NCBI GenBank assembly: GCA_963811165.1
Contig: CAWEQH010000010.1
Location: forward strand, 224,001 to 288,000
DNA from: an uncultured Nitrospiraceae bacterium
GTDB lineage: Bacteria > Nitrospirota > Thermodesulfovibrionia > Thermodesulfovibrionales > UBA6898
DNA length: 64,000 nucleotides
Direction: 5' to 3'
Under the pieces are notes generated by a model, which had not been told where the DNA came from, made no database searches, and saw only the letters and a list, made by a program, of their open reading frames with translations. Positions 1-9,457 of the stretch are shown here, piece after piece. The position numbers and the translations under genes are program-made. The first letter of the stretch is position 1, and every line of letters begins with the position of its first letter.

Positions 1-539
1 CCAGCGCCGCGAGCAAGCTTGCGGAATCTCCGATCTTTATCGACGACACCTCCGGTATGAGCGTACTTGAGATGCGGGCGAAGGCCAGGAGGCTTAAGGC
101 GGAACACGGCCTGAGCCTGGTAGTTGTGGATTATTTGCAGCTCATGCGCGGCAGAGGGAATGTAGAAAGGCGCGAACAGGAGATATCGGAGATATCTCGC
201 TCCCTTAAAGGACTGGCAAAGGAGCTTCGCGTGCCGGTCATCGCCCTGAGCCAGCTGAACCGTGGAGTGGAGACAAGGGGCGGCAATAAAAAGCCTACCC
301 TTGCCGACCTGAGGGAGTCAGGCGCCATAGAACAGGACGCTGACGTGATCATCTTCCTTTACAGGGACGAAGTGTACAATAAAGACAACCCGGACAACAA
401 GAACAAGGCCGAGATCATCGTTGCAAAACAGAGAAACGGCCCGACCGATTCATTGAGACTGAGTTTCCTCTCACACTGTACCAGGTTCATGGATTACACG
501 GACCGTGAGTTTCGTGACATAGAGGATGATGCGTTTTGA
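1..539 (+). CDS. dnaB: Replicative DNA helicase, C-terminal part (begins upstream of window)
   Basis: Motifs [39 protein letters not shown]; frame open from window start. Confidence 0.97.
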   Translation, partial: SAASKLAESPIFIDDTSGMSVLEMRAKARRLKAEHGLSLVVVDYLQLMRGRGNVERREQEISEISRSLKGLAKELRVPVIALSQLNRGVETRGGNKKPTLADLRESGAIEQDADVIIFLYRDEVYNKDNPDNKNKAEIIVAKQRNGPTDSLRLSFLSHCTRFMDYTDREFRDIEDDAF

Positions 540-607
540 TCCTGTGAGGCCGCTCAAGGTCTCCTTAAGGGGTTAAATTTCGTCCGGGAATATCCGAAGG
601 AGGACCA

Positions 608-1411
608 ATGATAAGGAGACCGGCTGTTGCGGGACAATTCTACCACGGCTCGAAAGAAAGGCTTATCGAGCAGGTCGGCAAGTATATCGATCCGCTTTCT
701 GCCAAGGAAACGGTAACGGGCATAGTTGTGCCCCATGCGGGGTTCATCTACTCGGGACCAGTGGCGGGGGCGGTCTACTCCGCGATTAAATTCCCGGACA
801 CGTTTGTCCTTCTCGGCCCCAACCATACCGGTCTCGGTCCGGGCATTTCACTGATGGATGACTGCGAATGGGAAATCCCGCTATGCACTTTCGAGGTCGA
901 CAAGAAACTTGCGGCGAGGATCGCCGTGAATTCACCGCAGGTCGTCAGGGACAGTCAGGCGCATATGTTTGAGCATTCCCTTGAGGTACAGCTGCCTTTT
1001 ATCTCGTATTTTTCCAACACCGTAAAGATAGTCCCGATCTCCCTGCTTTCCGCCTCCTTGTTTGACTGTCTCGAACTGGCCAAAGGTATCGCAAAAGCGA
1101 TCAAGGCTGTCGACTATCCGGTCGTAATTGCCGCCAGCTCGGACATGAGTCATTATCTGCCTGATAAAACAGCGAGACAGAAAGACAAAATGGCAATTGA
1201 CAGGATGCTTGATGTCGATGCGGAGGGACTCTACGAAACTGTCATGAAGGAGAGGATATCGATGTGTGGTGTATTGCCTGCAACCGTGATGCTTGCGGCG
1301 GCCAAGATACTGGGAGCTAATTCAGCGCGCCTCATAAAGTATGCGACCTCGGGAGAGGTGAGCGGGGATTACGACAGCGTCGTCGGATATGCAGGGATTG
1401 TGGTGAGGTAG
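608..1411 (+). CDS. amrB: AmmeMemoRadiSam system protein B (MEMO1 family)
   Basis: RRPAVAGQFY, PHAG.IYSG, GPNHTG, EHSLEVQLPF, SSDMSHY, SMCG; AGGAGG RBS. Confidence 0.93.
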   Translation: MIRRPAVAGQFYHGSKERLIEQVGKYIDPLSAKETVTGIVVPHAGFIYSGPVAGAVYSAIKFPDTFVLLGPNHTGLGPGISLMDDCEWEIPLCTFEVDKKLAARIAVNSPQVVRDSQAHMFEHSLEVQLPFISYFSNTVKIVPISLLSASLFDCLELAKGIAKAIKAVDYPVVIAASSDMSHYLPDKTARQKDKMAIDRMLDVDAEGLYETVMKERISMCGVLPATVMLAAAKILGANSARLIKYATSGEVSGDYDSVVGYAGIVVR

Positions 1412-1758
1412 AGGACCAAACGGCTTTGACAAACTGTTTTAGAAAAATAAAGTCGGAAACTGGCAAATAGAGTGGGAAACTCATTTGGCTGATAAACTCA
1501 TCTAAGACGTGCACGTGGTCGATAAATGACAGAAAGTTCCTCACAGAAACAAACGCTCGCCGTGACCCTGATTGCGCTCCGAGTTACCATCCGAAATATA
1601 GTCCGCTCAGTGTTTAATACTTCCCGTACAAAACGTATTTAGAGAATTTGTAAGGGTGTGCAGAAAGCAACACGAATAATCATTGCCAATTCCAGGGTAA
1701 ATCGGACTTCGCTGCTATACCCCGCTCCGAAATTGTTAGCTCCTGTTTGTCTCACACG

Positions 1759-1787
1759 TTGACATCAATACGTCCTACATTTAAAAT
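1759..1787 (+). promoter_or_regulatory. sigma70-type promoter of the MFS gene (probably leaderless)
   Basis: TTGACA 1759-1764, 17 bp spacer, TAAAAT 1782-1787, ATG 6 nt downstream at 1794, no SD. Confidence 0.7.
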
Positions 1788-1793
1788 TCTCAA

Positions 1794-3377
1794 ATGAGCT
1801 ACCGGGAGGCAGATGAAAAAGAAACTCCTCAGGGAGAATGGCGCCCGAGCGTAAACCCGTGGCTCATCACCCTCGCCGTGATGCTCCCCACGTTTATGGA
1901 AGTGCTTGACACCACTATCGTCACGGTGGCTGTCCCGCACATCGCGGGCAGTCTTTCCTCTAGCAACGAAGAGGCTACATGGGTGCTGACAAGCTATTTG
2001 ATCTCTAATGCGGTAATACTTCCGGCAAGCGGATGGCTTGCCCTTTATTTCGGGCGGAAGCGGTTTCTCTTGACCTGTATCGTGCTATTCACCATCTCCT
2101 CGGTCTTCAGCGGGGTAGCCTCGAGCCTTGGGATGTTGATAGCAGCCCGAGTGCTCCAAGGGGTGGGCGGCGGCGCACTTCAGCCAATCTCGCAGGCCAT
2201 CCTGCTTGAGAGCTTCCCGCCTCAAAAACGTGGGATGGCAATGGCGGCGTTCGCCCTAGGGGTGGTCGTCGCACCGATTGTCGGACCTACCCTAGGCGGC
2301 TGGTTAACAGACAATTACTCATGGCGATGGACTTTTTATATAAATATCCCCATTGGGGCGATTGCGATGGTCATGATACAGACATTCATTGAAGACCCTC
2401 CTTATATAAAAGGCCGCAAGCCGAAATACATCGACTGGACCGGTTTCGCACTCATGGCGGTTGCGCTTGCCACCCTTCAAGTGGTCCTCGACAAGGGGCA
2501 GCAGGACAACTGGTTTGAGGCCTCCTGGATAAGATGGTTCACGGCCATAAGTGCGATTGCCCTCGTTGCATTTTTGATCTGGGAACTGCGGGTACGGGAG
2601 CCTATCGTTCACTTGAGGGTGTTCAAAAACCGGAATTTTGCAGTGGGAACATTCCTTATAACCCTGGTGGGATTATCTCTCTACAGCGCGATAACTTTGA
2701 TACCGCTTTTTCTCCAGACCCTTATGGGATACCCGGCATTTAACAGCGGTCTGGCTCTTAGCCCCCGCGGTGTTGGCGCGCTTATAACAACTCCCCTCGT
2801 CGGATATCTTACCGGCAAGGTCGATTTTCGAAAATTGATAGGGCTAGGGTTCTTCCTTGTGGCCATTTCTTTGTGGCTTTTAAGCGACATCAATCTGGAA
2901 ATATCGGTCTGGAACATCGGATTGCCGAATATCTTACAGGGCATTGGGCTTTCGATGTTGTTTATCCCCTTGGCGACAGTCTCAATGGGCACGCTTGAAC
3001 AAAAAGAGATAGGAAACGCAAGCGGGGTTTTCAACCTGATGAGAAACGTGGGCGGAAGCGCCGGTATCTCGCTGATGATAACCTATCTGGCGCGCCACCA
3101 ACAGTCAAACCAGATGGTTCTAGTCTCACGTCTGACTCCGTTGGATTTACCCTACCAGTTCAGGCTCGGAGCCGTTCAGGATTTTTTTATGGCGCGAACG
3201 GGCGTAGCAGATTCGTACAGGAGAGCGCAGCTTTTCATTTACAATTCATTGCAGAAGCAGTCACAACTCCTCGCTTTTATCCAGAGTTTCAGGTTTCTTG
3301 TCATCGTGTGCCTCATCTGCGTAGCCGCTGCTTTCCTATTTAAGAAAGTAGAACGCGCTCGGGTACCGGCCGACTAG
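1794..3377 (+). CDS. DHA2/EmrB-family MFS efflux permease
   Basis: MEVLDTTIV, WVLTSYLISNA, RVLQG.GGG, GPTLGGWLTDN.SWRW.FYINIP; many TM segments. Confidence 0.92.
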   Translation: MSYREADEKETPQGEWRPSVNPWLITLAVMLPTFMEVLDTTIVTVAVPHIAGSLSSSNEEATWVLTSYLISNAVILPASGWLALYFGRKRFLLTCIVLFTISSVFSGVASSLGMLIAARVLQGVGGGALQPISQAILLESFPPQKRGMAMAAFALGVVVAPIVGPTLGGWLTDNYSWRWTFYINIPIGAIAMVMIQTFIEDPPYIKGRKPKYIDWTGFALMAVALATLQVVLDKGQQDNWFEASWIRWFTAISAIALVAFLIWELRVREPIVHLRVFKNRNFAVGTFLITLVGLSLYSAITLIPLFLQTLMGYPAFNSGLALSPRGVGALITTPLVGYLTGKVDFRKLIGLGFFLVAISLWLLSDINLEISVWNIGLPNILQGIGLSMLFIPLATVSMGTLEQKEIGNASGVFNLMRNVGGSAGISLMITYLARHQQSNQMVLVSRLTPLDLPYQFRLGAVQDFFMARTGVADSYRRAQLFIYNSLQKQSQLLAFIQSFRFLVIVCLICVAAAFLFKKVERARVPAD

Positions 3378-3889
3378 AAATCCAATCCCTGAATCAACTT
3401 ATTGTGCGCTCCTTATTTTTCAGTGCTACACGTAACCTTGAACGGTAAGATTTCCGCTGACCAAACCTTATGCTGTTGCAAGAAAACGGCAGTGTTGGCT
3501 TCAGGAAGGCATTGAGGGGACCGAGAGTCGTTCAGATCGATTGAACTAACTGATAGGTTTCGCACTGTATTGCGCTGGGAAGAGGGATGCTTAAATGTCA
3601 GACAACTTTTTTCGTTCCTTCCTGTACATCGGAATAGTTTCAGATTGTAAAAACTATTTTATACCATGGTAATTAACGGATTTTGGGAGACAACGAGTTT
3701 CTCCCTTCCTCCCTCCTAAAGTTGGTATTCGTACAGCGTCAGCGGGAAACTGGAATACACCTGCTAATAACCAACAGATCCAAGAAGATGCAACTGAGGA
3801 AGACATCCTATATTGCCTCCTGTCAAGATAAAAAACATCTGGGGAATTTACTTTAAGTATCAATGATCATTTTCCGAGATCTTACAAGA

Positions 3890-4112
3890 ACAATAGTCCG
3901 CCGTACGTCCATCTGGACGATAGTCTTTTTTCCTGACGCGCTCTCTCACTTCGAGGGAACCTGATCTCTGATAGTTACGTTTATCCGACGTGTTCCGGAG
4001 TGAGCGAACCGCCCATCATCCCTTATCCAGATTCTCAAGTTCAGTGAGAGGCCCTGTATTGTCTTCACGAGGTCATTCGCCTCAACTTTGTCCCTCGGGC
4101 TCTCTGCGTCAA
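3890..4112 (-). ncRNA. Candidate IS110 bridge/seek RNA
   Basis: Non-coding region directly 3' of recombinase with nested complementary segments: 3943-3950/4043-4050 (8 bp), 3957-3964/4035-4042 (8 bp, one G-U), CGAGGGA/TCCCTCG, GACGC/GCGTC; boundaries approximate. Confidence 0.55.
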
Positions 4113-4184
4113 AATCGATTTTTGGAGGCTTCCAGAACAAAAAGGCTTCACAGGAAGCTCTCAGTTAAGTTATTTCGATCCGGC

Positions 4185-5437
4185 TTATACTGTGGTATCC
4201 TCCACATTGAGATATTTTGGATCAAACAGCTCTTTCTTCTTCATCAAGGTCCATGCGATAACCAGAAGCTTTGCGGCTATCTTTACACGCATCTTCGTGC
4301 CGATTCCCTTTTCTCTCTGCCTACCTCTAAGCTTGTTGGTGTAATAAGTCATGAAATCTTTGTTACTGAATGGAAGCGGTGAGAGCAGCCTGATATAAAG
4401 CATAGCGAAGATCAGCTTTGCCTTGCTTGGAAATAACCGGCGATTGCGCTGTTTGAAGTCTTTCCGCTACGGTTTGCGCAAAGATCGAACCCAGCCATCT
4501 TCAGTACCTGCTTGCCGCTTATAAACCGAAAGGGATCACCTATTGCCCCAAGGACCATTGAAGAGACATCCGGCCCAAAACCGGGGATACTCAACAGGTA
4601 TGGATATTCCGGAAACTGCATGCACAGATCTTCAATCTTACCCTTTACCTCCTTGATCGTCTCTCGCACCTGATGAAGCATCGATACCATCACCTTTGCC
4701 TCAAACAGCACCTCATCGCCTACATGACATCCAATGGACTCAGGGGCTGCCCGCCAGATCGACTGCAGCAGCTTTTGCTGTGCACTATTCGTCCTGCCAG
4801 GGGCAACGCTCCGGCGGAACTCATCGAACTCCATCCCGGCGATCATCGAGGGATCAAGACAGCGCCCCACTACGGCCAGGCTTACCACCGAGCCGAAGTG
4901 TCGATCCATTTCAGGGAAATACTGGGCCAGGAGCTGATTGCGGATGCGCACCTGGAGGCCGTGTTCCTCCTTCGTGAGCCGCCTCTTCAACGCAAGGAGA
5001 TTCCTCAGATCCTGCCTCTTCGGGTCCGGGTACTCATAGTAGAGGAATTTTCCCTGACAGATGAGGTCGGCTACGTTTGCGGAATCCTTGGTGTCGTGTT
5101 TGTCCCATCTGCCATCCAGAAGCGGCCGGTTGTGCTTTACTGCTGCCCCCGCTACCAAAACTACCAGATGCCCGCACTTAATGAGATGCTCTCCCAGAGG
5201 CTTATGGTAATTGGCTGTGGGCTCAAGACCGAAGACCACCTTTGTAAGGTCATGTTGAACCTTAAGCGCTTCTGTCATCGTCAGCAGTTTCTCGAATCCT
5301 TCAATCGTGTTGTCAAAGAACAATCCCTTGTGCAGCGTTTTGCCGGCTGCCGTGCCGAAAAAGGCATTGTGCCTCTCTTTGGCCACGTCGATGCCGACAA
5401 TCAAATACCCCTCGGATCCACGTATCTCGTTCTTGAG
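4185..5437 (-). pseudogene. IS110-family DEDD recombinase/transposase, main part (two apparent frameshifts near 4440 and 4370)
   Basis: VGIDVAK (D), GLEPT (E), KHDTKDS (D..D), SIPGFG, NRSGK, then ISKQGKADLRYALYQAA and AAKLLVIAWTLMK in shifted frames. Confidence 0.9.
5422..5437. repeat. 16-bp target site duplication, left copy
   Basis: GTATCTCGTTCTTGAG identical to 6763-6778. Confidence 0.95.
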
Positions 5438-6762
5438 TGTTGTCAACAAATAGAATTGTCCGGTTATAGAGCACATAAACTGTCCGGTCAGTAGCTATTT
5501 GATATCAGGCAACTTTTTTATTTAGTTTGGAGACCTCCTTCCCCTTGGAATTAAAGGATGCCAGTTTTCTGTGCCCATGGAATATGGCCAGGTTCCGTTT
5601 GGATAGCGATGGACACGGACCTTCACTTTGACGTAGTGAAAGCGGTACTTATCGGCTGGAATCTGAAGGGTCATACCATCGAATTTGACACAGTTGTCAT
5701 TACCGACCGTACGCTCATACTGTTCGCAGAGGATGTCTTGAAGAGGTGTTCCGGCCCAAGGCACGAACATGCTGGCTGACTCCTCTGGGGACACAGCAAA
5801 CTCATCGTTAAAGGCAGGCATATAAACATCACGGATATAGGCATTGGCCTGTTTCATCTCAGTGATGCCGGCAAGTGGCGAGTTCCTTTACAAGCCTCTC
5901 CTGATGGGTACGAAAGGCGCGTTCAGAGCGTCCCCGGGCCTCAGGAGAATAAGCCGGAATCATCTCAATCCCTAACTGCCTCATGGCACGACCAAATTGT
6001 GTCAGATTCTCCTTGTCCACTTTCCCCCCAGCCTCTGGGGTATTCCAGTAGTGGCTGCCGCGATCAGTATAAAGTGAGGCAAATACTCCATGCTTGTCGA
6101 TGACCTCATTGACTCCCTGAAAACTGCTCTGAGTCCCTTCTTCATCGACAAAGAACATCGAGTAATGTTCACTGGTAGCATCATCCATCGTCACGATCAG
6201 ATCCCATAACTTCCCTGGTACCCACTCATGCTTGGAGCCGTCCTGATGCAGCATCATGCCAATATACGGAGCTCGTGGACGCTGTTTCCGGTGAGCTCCT
6301 TTTCGGGAACCCTTGGGCACAAGCCCCTTGCCCTGAAGGGTATTCTTTACCCATGTGTAGCTCCTACTGCCCTCGTGAGCCCGCCGATACCAACTGTAAA
6401 AGTGTTTAACCGTAAATCCCTGATACCGGTGGTTGTATAAATCTGCCAGGGCTATTATCTCATCAACCGGCGCACTGCGGTGTGATATTTGTCCTAAACG
6501 CCTATCTACAAGCCCCTCCATCCCCTGCTCCTCATATCTCACCAGATATCGTCGATACGTGCGATCGCATACTCCAAGCAGCCTTGCCGCCTCCTCCTGC
6601 GTCAATCTCCCCTTTTTCCATCCTTCATATGCTTCCTCAAATCTCATCTTCCGTACCTCCTGTAGTAGTGCTGTCCTTTTCATGAATGGCTCCTCCTTGC
6701 CATCCAATTTTAACCGGACAGTTTATGTGCTACAGATACGGACAGTTTACTTGCTCGCTACA
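5438..6762 (-). mobile_element. IS1202-family (formerly ISNCY) insertion sequence, 1325 bp
   Basis: TGT...ACA ends; imperfect terminal IRs with internal repeats (AGCACATAAACTGTCCGGT at both ends); DDE transposase; 16-bp TSD. Confidence 0.9.
5505..6683 (-). pseudogene. IS1202/ISNCY DDE transposase, frameshifted near 5877 and 5590
   Basis: N-terminal HTH (EAARLLGVCDRT), HQDGS.H.W, TMDDATS, YTDRGSHY, AYSPEARGRSER; continues in ORF 5522-5857. Confidence 0.9.
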
Positions 6763-6778
6763 GTATCTCGTTCTTGAG
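6763..6778. repeat. 16-bp target site duplication, right copy
   Basis: GTATCTCGTTCTTGAG identical to 5422-5437. Confidence 0.95.
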
Positions 6779-6820
6779 TTGCCGAAACTCCTGAAGTCTG
6801 ATACCATCTAATTGTTCCAT
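6763..6820 (-). pseudogene. Native N-terminus of the IS110 recombinase (MEQLDGIRLQEFRQLKNEI), cut off by the IS1202 insertion
   Basis: ATG at 6820-6818 with GGAGG RBS at 6826-6830; joins in frame to RGSEGYLIVGID across the TSD. Confidence 0.88.
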
Positions 6821-6882
6821 AGAGACCTCCTGTTGATGAATTTTGTTTCTCCATAAACTAATTCTTAACAGGAGGTTTCTAT
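6819..6882 (-). promoter_or_regulatory. Hairpin covering the RBS and start of the IS110 gene
   Basis: ATAGAGACCTCCTGTT (6819-6834) versus AACAGGAGGTTTCTAT (6867-6882), 15/16 complementary. Confidence 0.75.
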
Positions 6883-7078
6883 TTTGGATAGTCTACAAAA
6901 TCAGTTCTCCCTATGATTTAATGGGGAGATCTAACTTCATGTTCTATTCATATATAACTTTGTCCCGACTTGACTTGTCTTAACGTTCATGATAAGCAAT
7001 TAAGTAAGAGACAATGGGATCTCAAAGGAAAAGGAGGCTGGCTCATAAAAAAAAGTTTTATTAAAAAAGGAGGATGAC

Positions 7079-7255
7079 ATGAACTTAGCACTAACAGACA
7101 AAGAAAAAGATATGCTTATGGGAGTACTTAAGGACTATATACCAGAACTTAGGGGTGAGATTGCTTCGGGTGCTAAACACGATTTTAAAGTGGAACTAAA
7201 GGAGGAAGAGGCAGTACTAAAAGGAATATTGGAGAAATTGCAGGCGCTGAAATAA
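7079..7255 (+). CDS. Small helical hypothetical protein, 58 aa (below ORF-track cutoff)
   Basis: AAGGAGG RBS at 7067-7073; MNLALTDKEKDMLMGVLKDYIPELRGEIASGAKHDFKVELKEEEAVLKGILEKLQALK. Confidence 0.75.
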   Translation: MNLALTDKEKDMLMGVLKDYIPELRGEIASGAKHDFKVELKEEEAVLKGILEKLQALK

Positions 7256-7730
7256 GTATATTTTCCTCGGACCTGCCCCAAGGTATTTCGACTGCTGCAC
7301 TTAGTGGCTGAAGTCCTCGCCTTCAGCTGTTCCTGATGGTGTTTTATCCTGGTAGTAATCTTGATAGAGTTTCGTCCGCCTGAGAGAATCAAGATGTCGG
7401 TGTTACCAATATCTCAGCTTGCTTTATTCATGGTCTTGTCACAGCGCGTACTCCGGGGCGAAACTAATTTTCTACGTAGTGATGACCATCCTGCGTCAAT
7501 TATCGGAAGAAACTGCCGCCGACCTCCGTTGTGTAAATTCTCAAGACAGTTTCTTTGGAGGTGAAAGAAACAAAAATACTATGTGTATTGCGGGTCGCAA
7601 CAATGCGAATCAGTCTTTCAGTGTACAACTTTATTTCTTGCGCCGATAGACTGAAAAGTGCTACGTTATTGTTAATATTGGGAATGCAGGTGTTCAACTT
7701 TATTCTAGATGGGCAACAAGGAGACATATC

Positions 7731-8303
7731 ATGAAAGTTATAGCCTTTAACGGAAGCGCCCGCAAAGACGGTAATACTGCAATACTCATAAAAAATGTTT
7801 TTGGACCGCTCAACGATGCCGGGATAGAAACCGAGATGGTACAGCTGTCCGGAAAAAAGATCAGGGGCTGCACAGCCTGTTTTAAATGCTGGGAGAATAA
7901 GGATCGGCGGTGCGCCGTCAAGGGCGATTACCTCGATACCTGCATAGAAAAAATGATCGGAGCCGATGGAATTATCTTGGGTTCCCCCACATATTTTGCC
8001 GATGTATCCGCGGAGCTCAAGGCCCTCATCGACAGGGCCGGTATGGTCTCAAGGGCAAACGAGGACATGCTTAGACGTAAGGTCGGGGCCGCCGTAGTTG
8101 CGGAACGAAGGGGCGGGGCGATTCATGTTTTTGATACCATAAACCATTTTTTCCTGATTAGCCAGATGATTGTCCCCGGCTCGATCTACTGGAACATGGG
8201 AATTGGGAGGGAAAAGGGGGATGTCGAAAAGGATGAGGAAGGCCTCCGCACGATGAAGGTCCTCGGCGAAAACATGGCGTGGCTTTTAACGAAGCTGAGG
8301 TAG
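7731..8303 (+). CDS. Flavodoxin-family iron-sulfur flavoprotein (Isf-like)
   Basis: FNGSARKDGNT, GCTACFKC...C, ADGIILGSPTYF; AAGGAG RBS. Confidence 0.92.
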   Translation: MKVIAFNGSARKDGNTAILIKNVFGPLNDAGIETEMVQLSGKKIRGCTACFKCWENKDRRCAVKGDYLDTCIEKMIGADGIILGSPTYFADVSAELKALIDRAGMVSRANEDMLRRKVGAAVVAERRGGAIHVFDTINHFFLISQMIVPGSIYWNMGIGREKGDVEKDEEGLRTMKVLGENMAWLLTKLR

Positions 8304-8433
8304 CAAGTCGGGATTGCTGTTTATTGAATAGTATTGTCTGCCTGAAAAAGTTAGATACATTTTCGACGAGGCAATTGGCAAATTTGACAAGGTAGGAATC
8401 GATGGCTAAGATTTATTTAGAGGGAGTTTTTAA

Positions 8434-8733
8434 ATGGGAAAACTTAACTGTTGGGAATTTAGCAAGTGCGGAAGACAACCCGGCGGTCCTCATGTACATG
8501 AGTTGGGGATATGTCCTGTCACATCAGAAAAAAAGCTTGATGGAGTGCATGGAGGCACGAATGCCGGAAGAGCATGTTGGGTCATAGGAGGAACTCTGTG
8601 TAATGGGAAGGTACAAGAGTCATTTGCTAAGAAATATTTCGATTGTGTAGAGTGTGATTTTTATAAAAAAGTAAAGAATGAAGAAGCTTCATTTTTTAGA
8701 CTTTCAGCGGGTCTTTTTACGATGCTGCATTAA
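8434..8733 (+). CDS. Cys-rich two-CW domain protein
   Basis: NCWEFSKC...CP...GG.NAGRACW.IGGTLC...CVECDFY. Confidence 0.82.
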   Translation: MGKLNCWEFSKCGRQPGGPHVHELGICPVTSEKKLDGVHGGTNAGRACWVIGGTLCNGKVQESFAKKYFDCVECDFYKKVKNEEASFFRLSAGLFTMLH

Positions 8734-8851
8734 TGCGATCAAGAGGTCCCCGCGGCGAAACCTCCGTTTGTTGTAAAATTTCAGTAGAAAGTTCAAATCA
8801 AATCCATTTCGGATGGATGTTTTAAACACTTTGTGAGAAGGCAATGCCGGA

Positions 8852-9457
8852 TTAGGCATACCTGCAGCTCCTTGCAGCCTTAATGACTTTCTCTGCCGAA
8901 TCAATTCCGAGTGCCATCATTTCCCGCATCTGTATCTGAAAGATCTGGGCGGCAAAGAAGGCATCCGCAGCTGCATTATGGCGGTAATGCTGTTTCAGGC
9001 CATACGTTGCCATCATTCCATCAAGGCTGAAATTATTTTCCTCGTTTTTCCGTTTCAGCATCAGCCATCGCTCTACCATTGCTATGTCAATAAGATCCCT
9101 TTTAAATCGCACTCCCAATGACTTGAAGTGAGTTTTCAAAAATGTGAAATCGAACTCGACAGTATGACCTACGAGGATACCATCCAGAGCATTCCGGATT
9201 CGGTCAGAGACCTCCTCAAATACCGGCGCATCCATAAGATCATCCTTGCTAATGCCGTGGTACCTCATTGCCTTATAGTGGTAACTCTTAGGTTTAATCA
9301 GGGTATAAAAAGTGTCCCGCACAAGGATTTTTAAATTAATAATAGGCACACAGGCAAATGATATAATCTCATCCTTGTCAAAGTCTAAACCTGTGGTCTC
9401 AATGTCAATGGCATAAAATTTGGCAGCTTTCAGGTCCGTGGGACGAAATATTCTCAT
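8852..9457 (-). CDS. DEDDh 3'-5' exonuclease (DnaQ-like)
   Basis: IDIETTGL, GHTVEFD, HNAAAD; ATG immediately after the stop of the upstream DUF294 gene. Confidence 0.92.
   Translation of the reverse strand: MRIFRPTDLKAAKFYAIDIETTGLDFDKDEIISFACVPIINLKILVRDTFYTLIKPKSYHYKAMRYHGISKDDLMDAPVFEEVSDRIRNALDGILVGHTVEFDFTFLKTHFKSLGVRFKRDLIDIAMVERWLMLKRKNEENNFSLDGMMATYGLKQHYRHNAAADAFFAAQIFQIQMREMMALGIDSAEKVIKAARSCRYA

Larger units (their letters stand above)
3807..6914 (-). mobile_element. IS110-family element (IS1111-like layout with long 3' non-coding end), interrupted by a second IS; ends tentative
   Basis: IS110 recombinase inside; shared CCTAT at 3807-3811 and 6910-6914; outward-facing TTGACA (minus, 3821-3826) near the 3' end. 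Confidence 0.6.

Noticed and set aside
3654..3863. 69-aa ORF next to the IS110 end
   Set aside because: No RBS or motif, and it straddles the presumed IS boundary.
3874..3926. Alternative IS110 ends at GAGATCT (~3875/6925) or GATAGTCT (3919/6887)
   Set aside because: Short matches that may be chance; they exclude the terminal TTGACA and give no donor match as good as the ATAGG junction. Not fully excluded without an empty allele.
4673..5494. 273-aa plus-strand ORF
   Set aside because: Antisense to the IS110 recombinase and crosses the IS junction; no motifs.
5857..5880. Programmed frameshift in the IS1202 transposase
   Set aside because: No slippery heptamer, a second break occurs near 5590, and similar indels are scattered across the window.
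7332..7365. GATGGTGTT resembling a fluoride riboswitch
   Set aside because: Flanking stem and the downstream conserved segment are missing.
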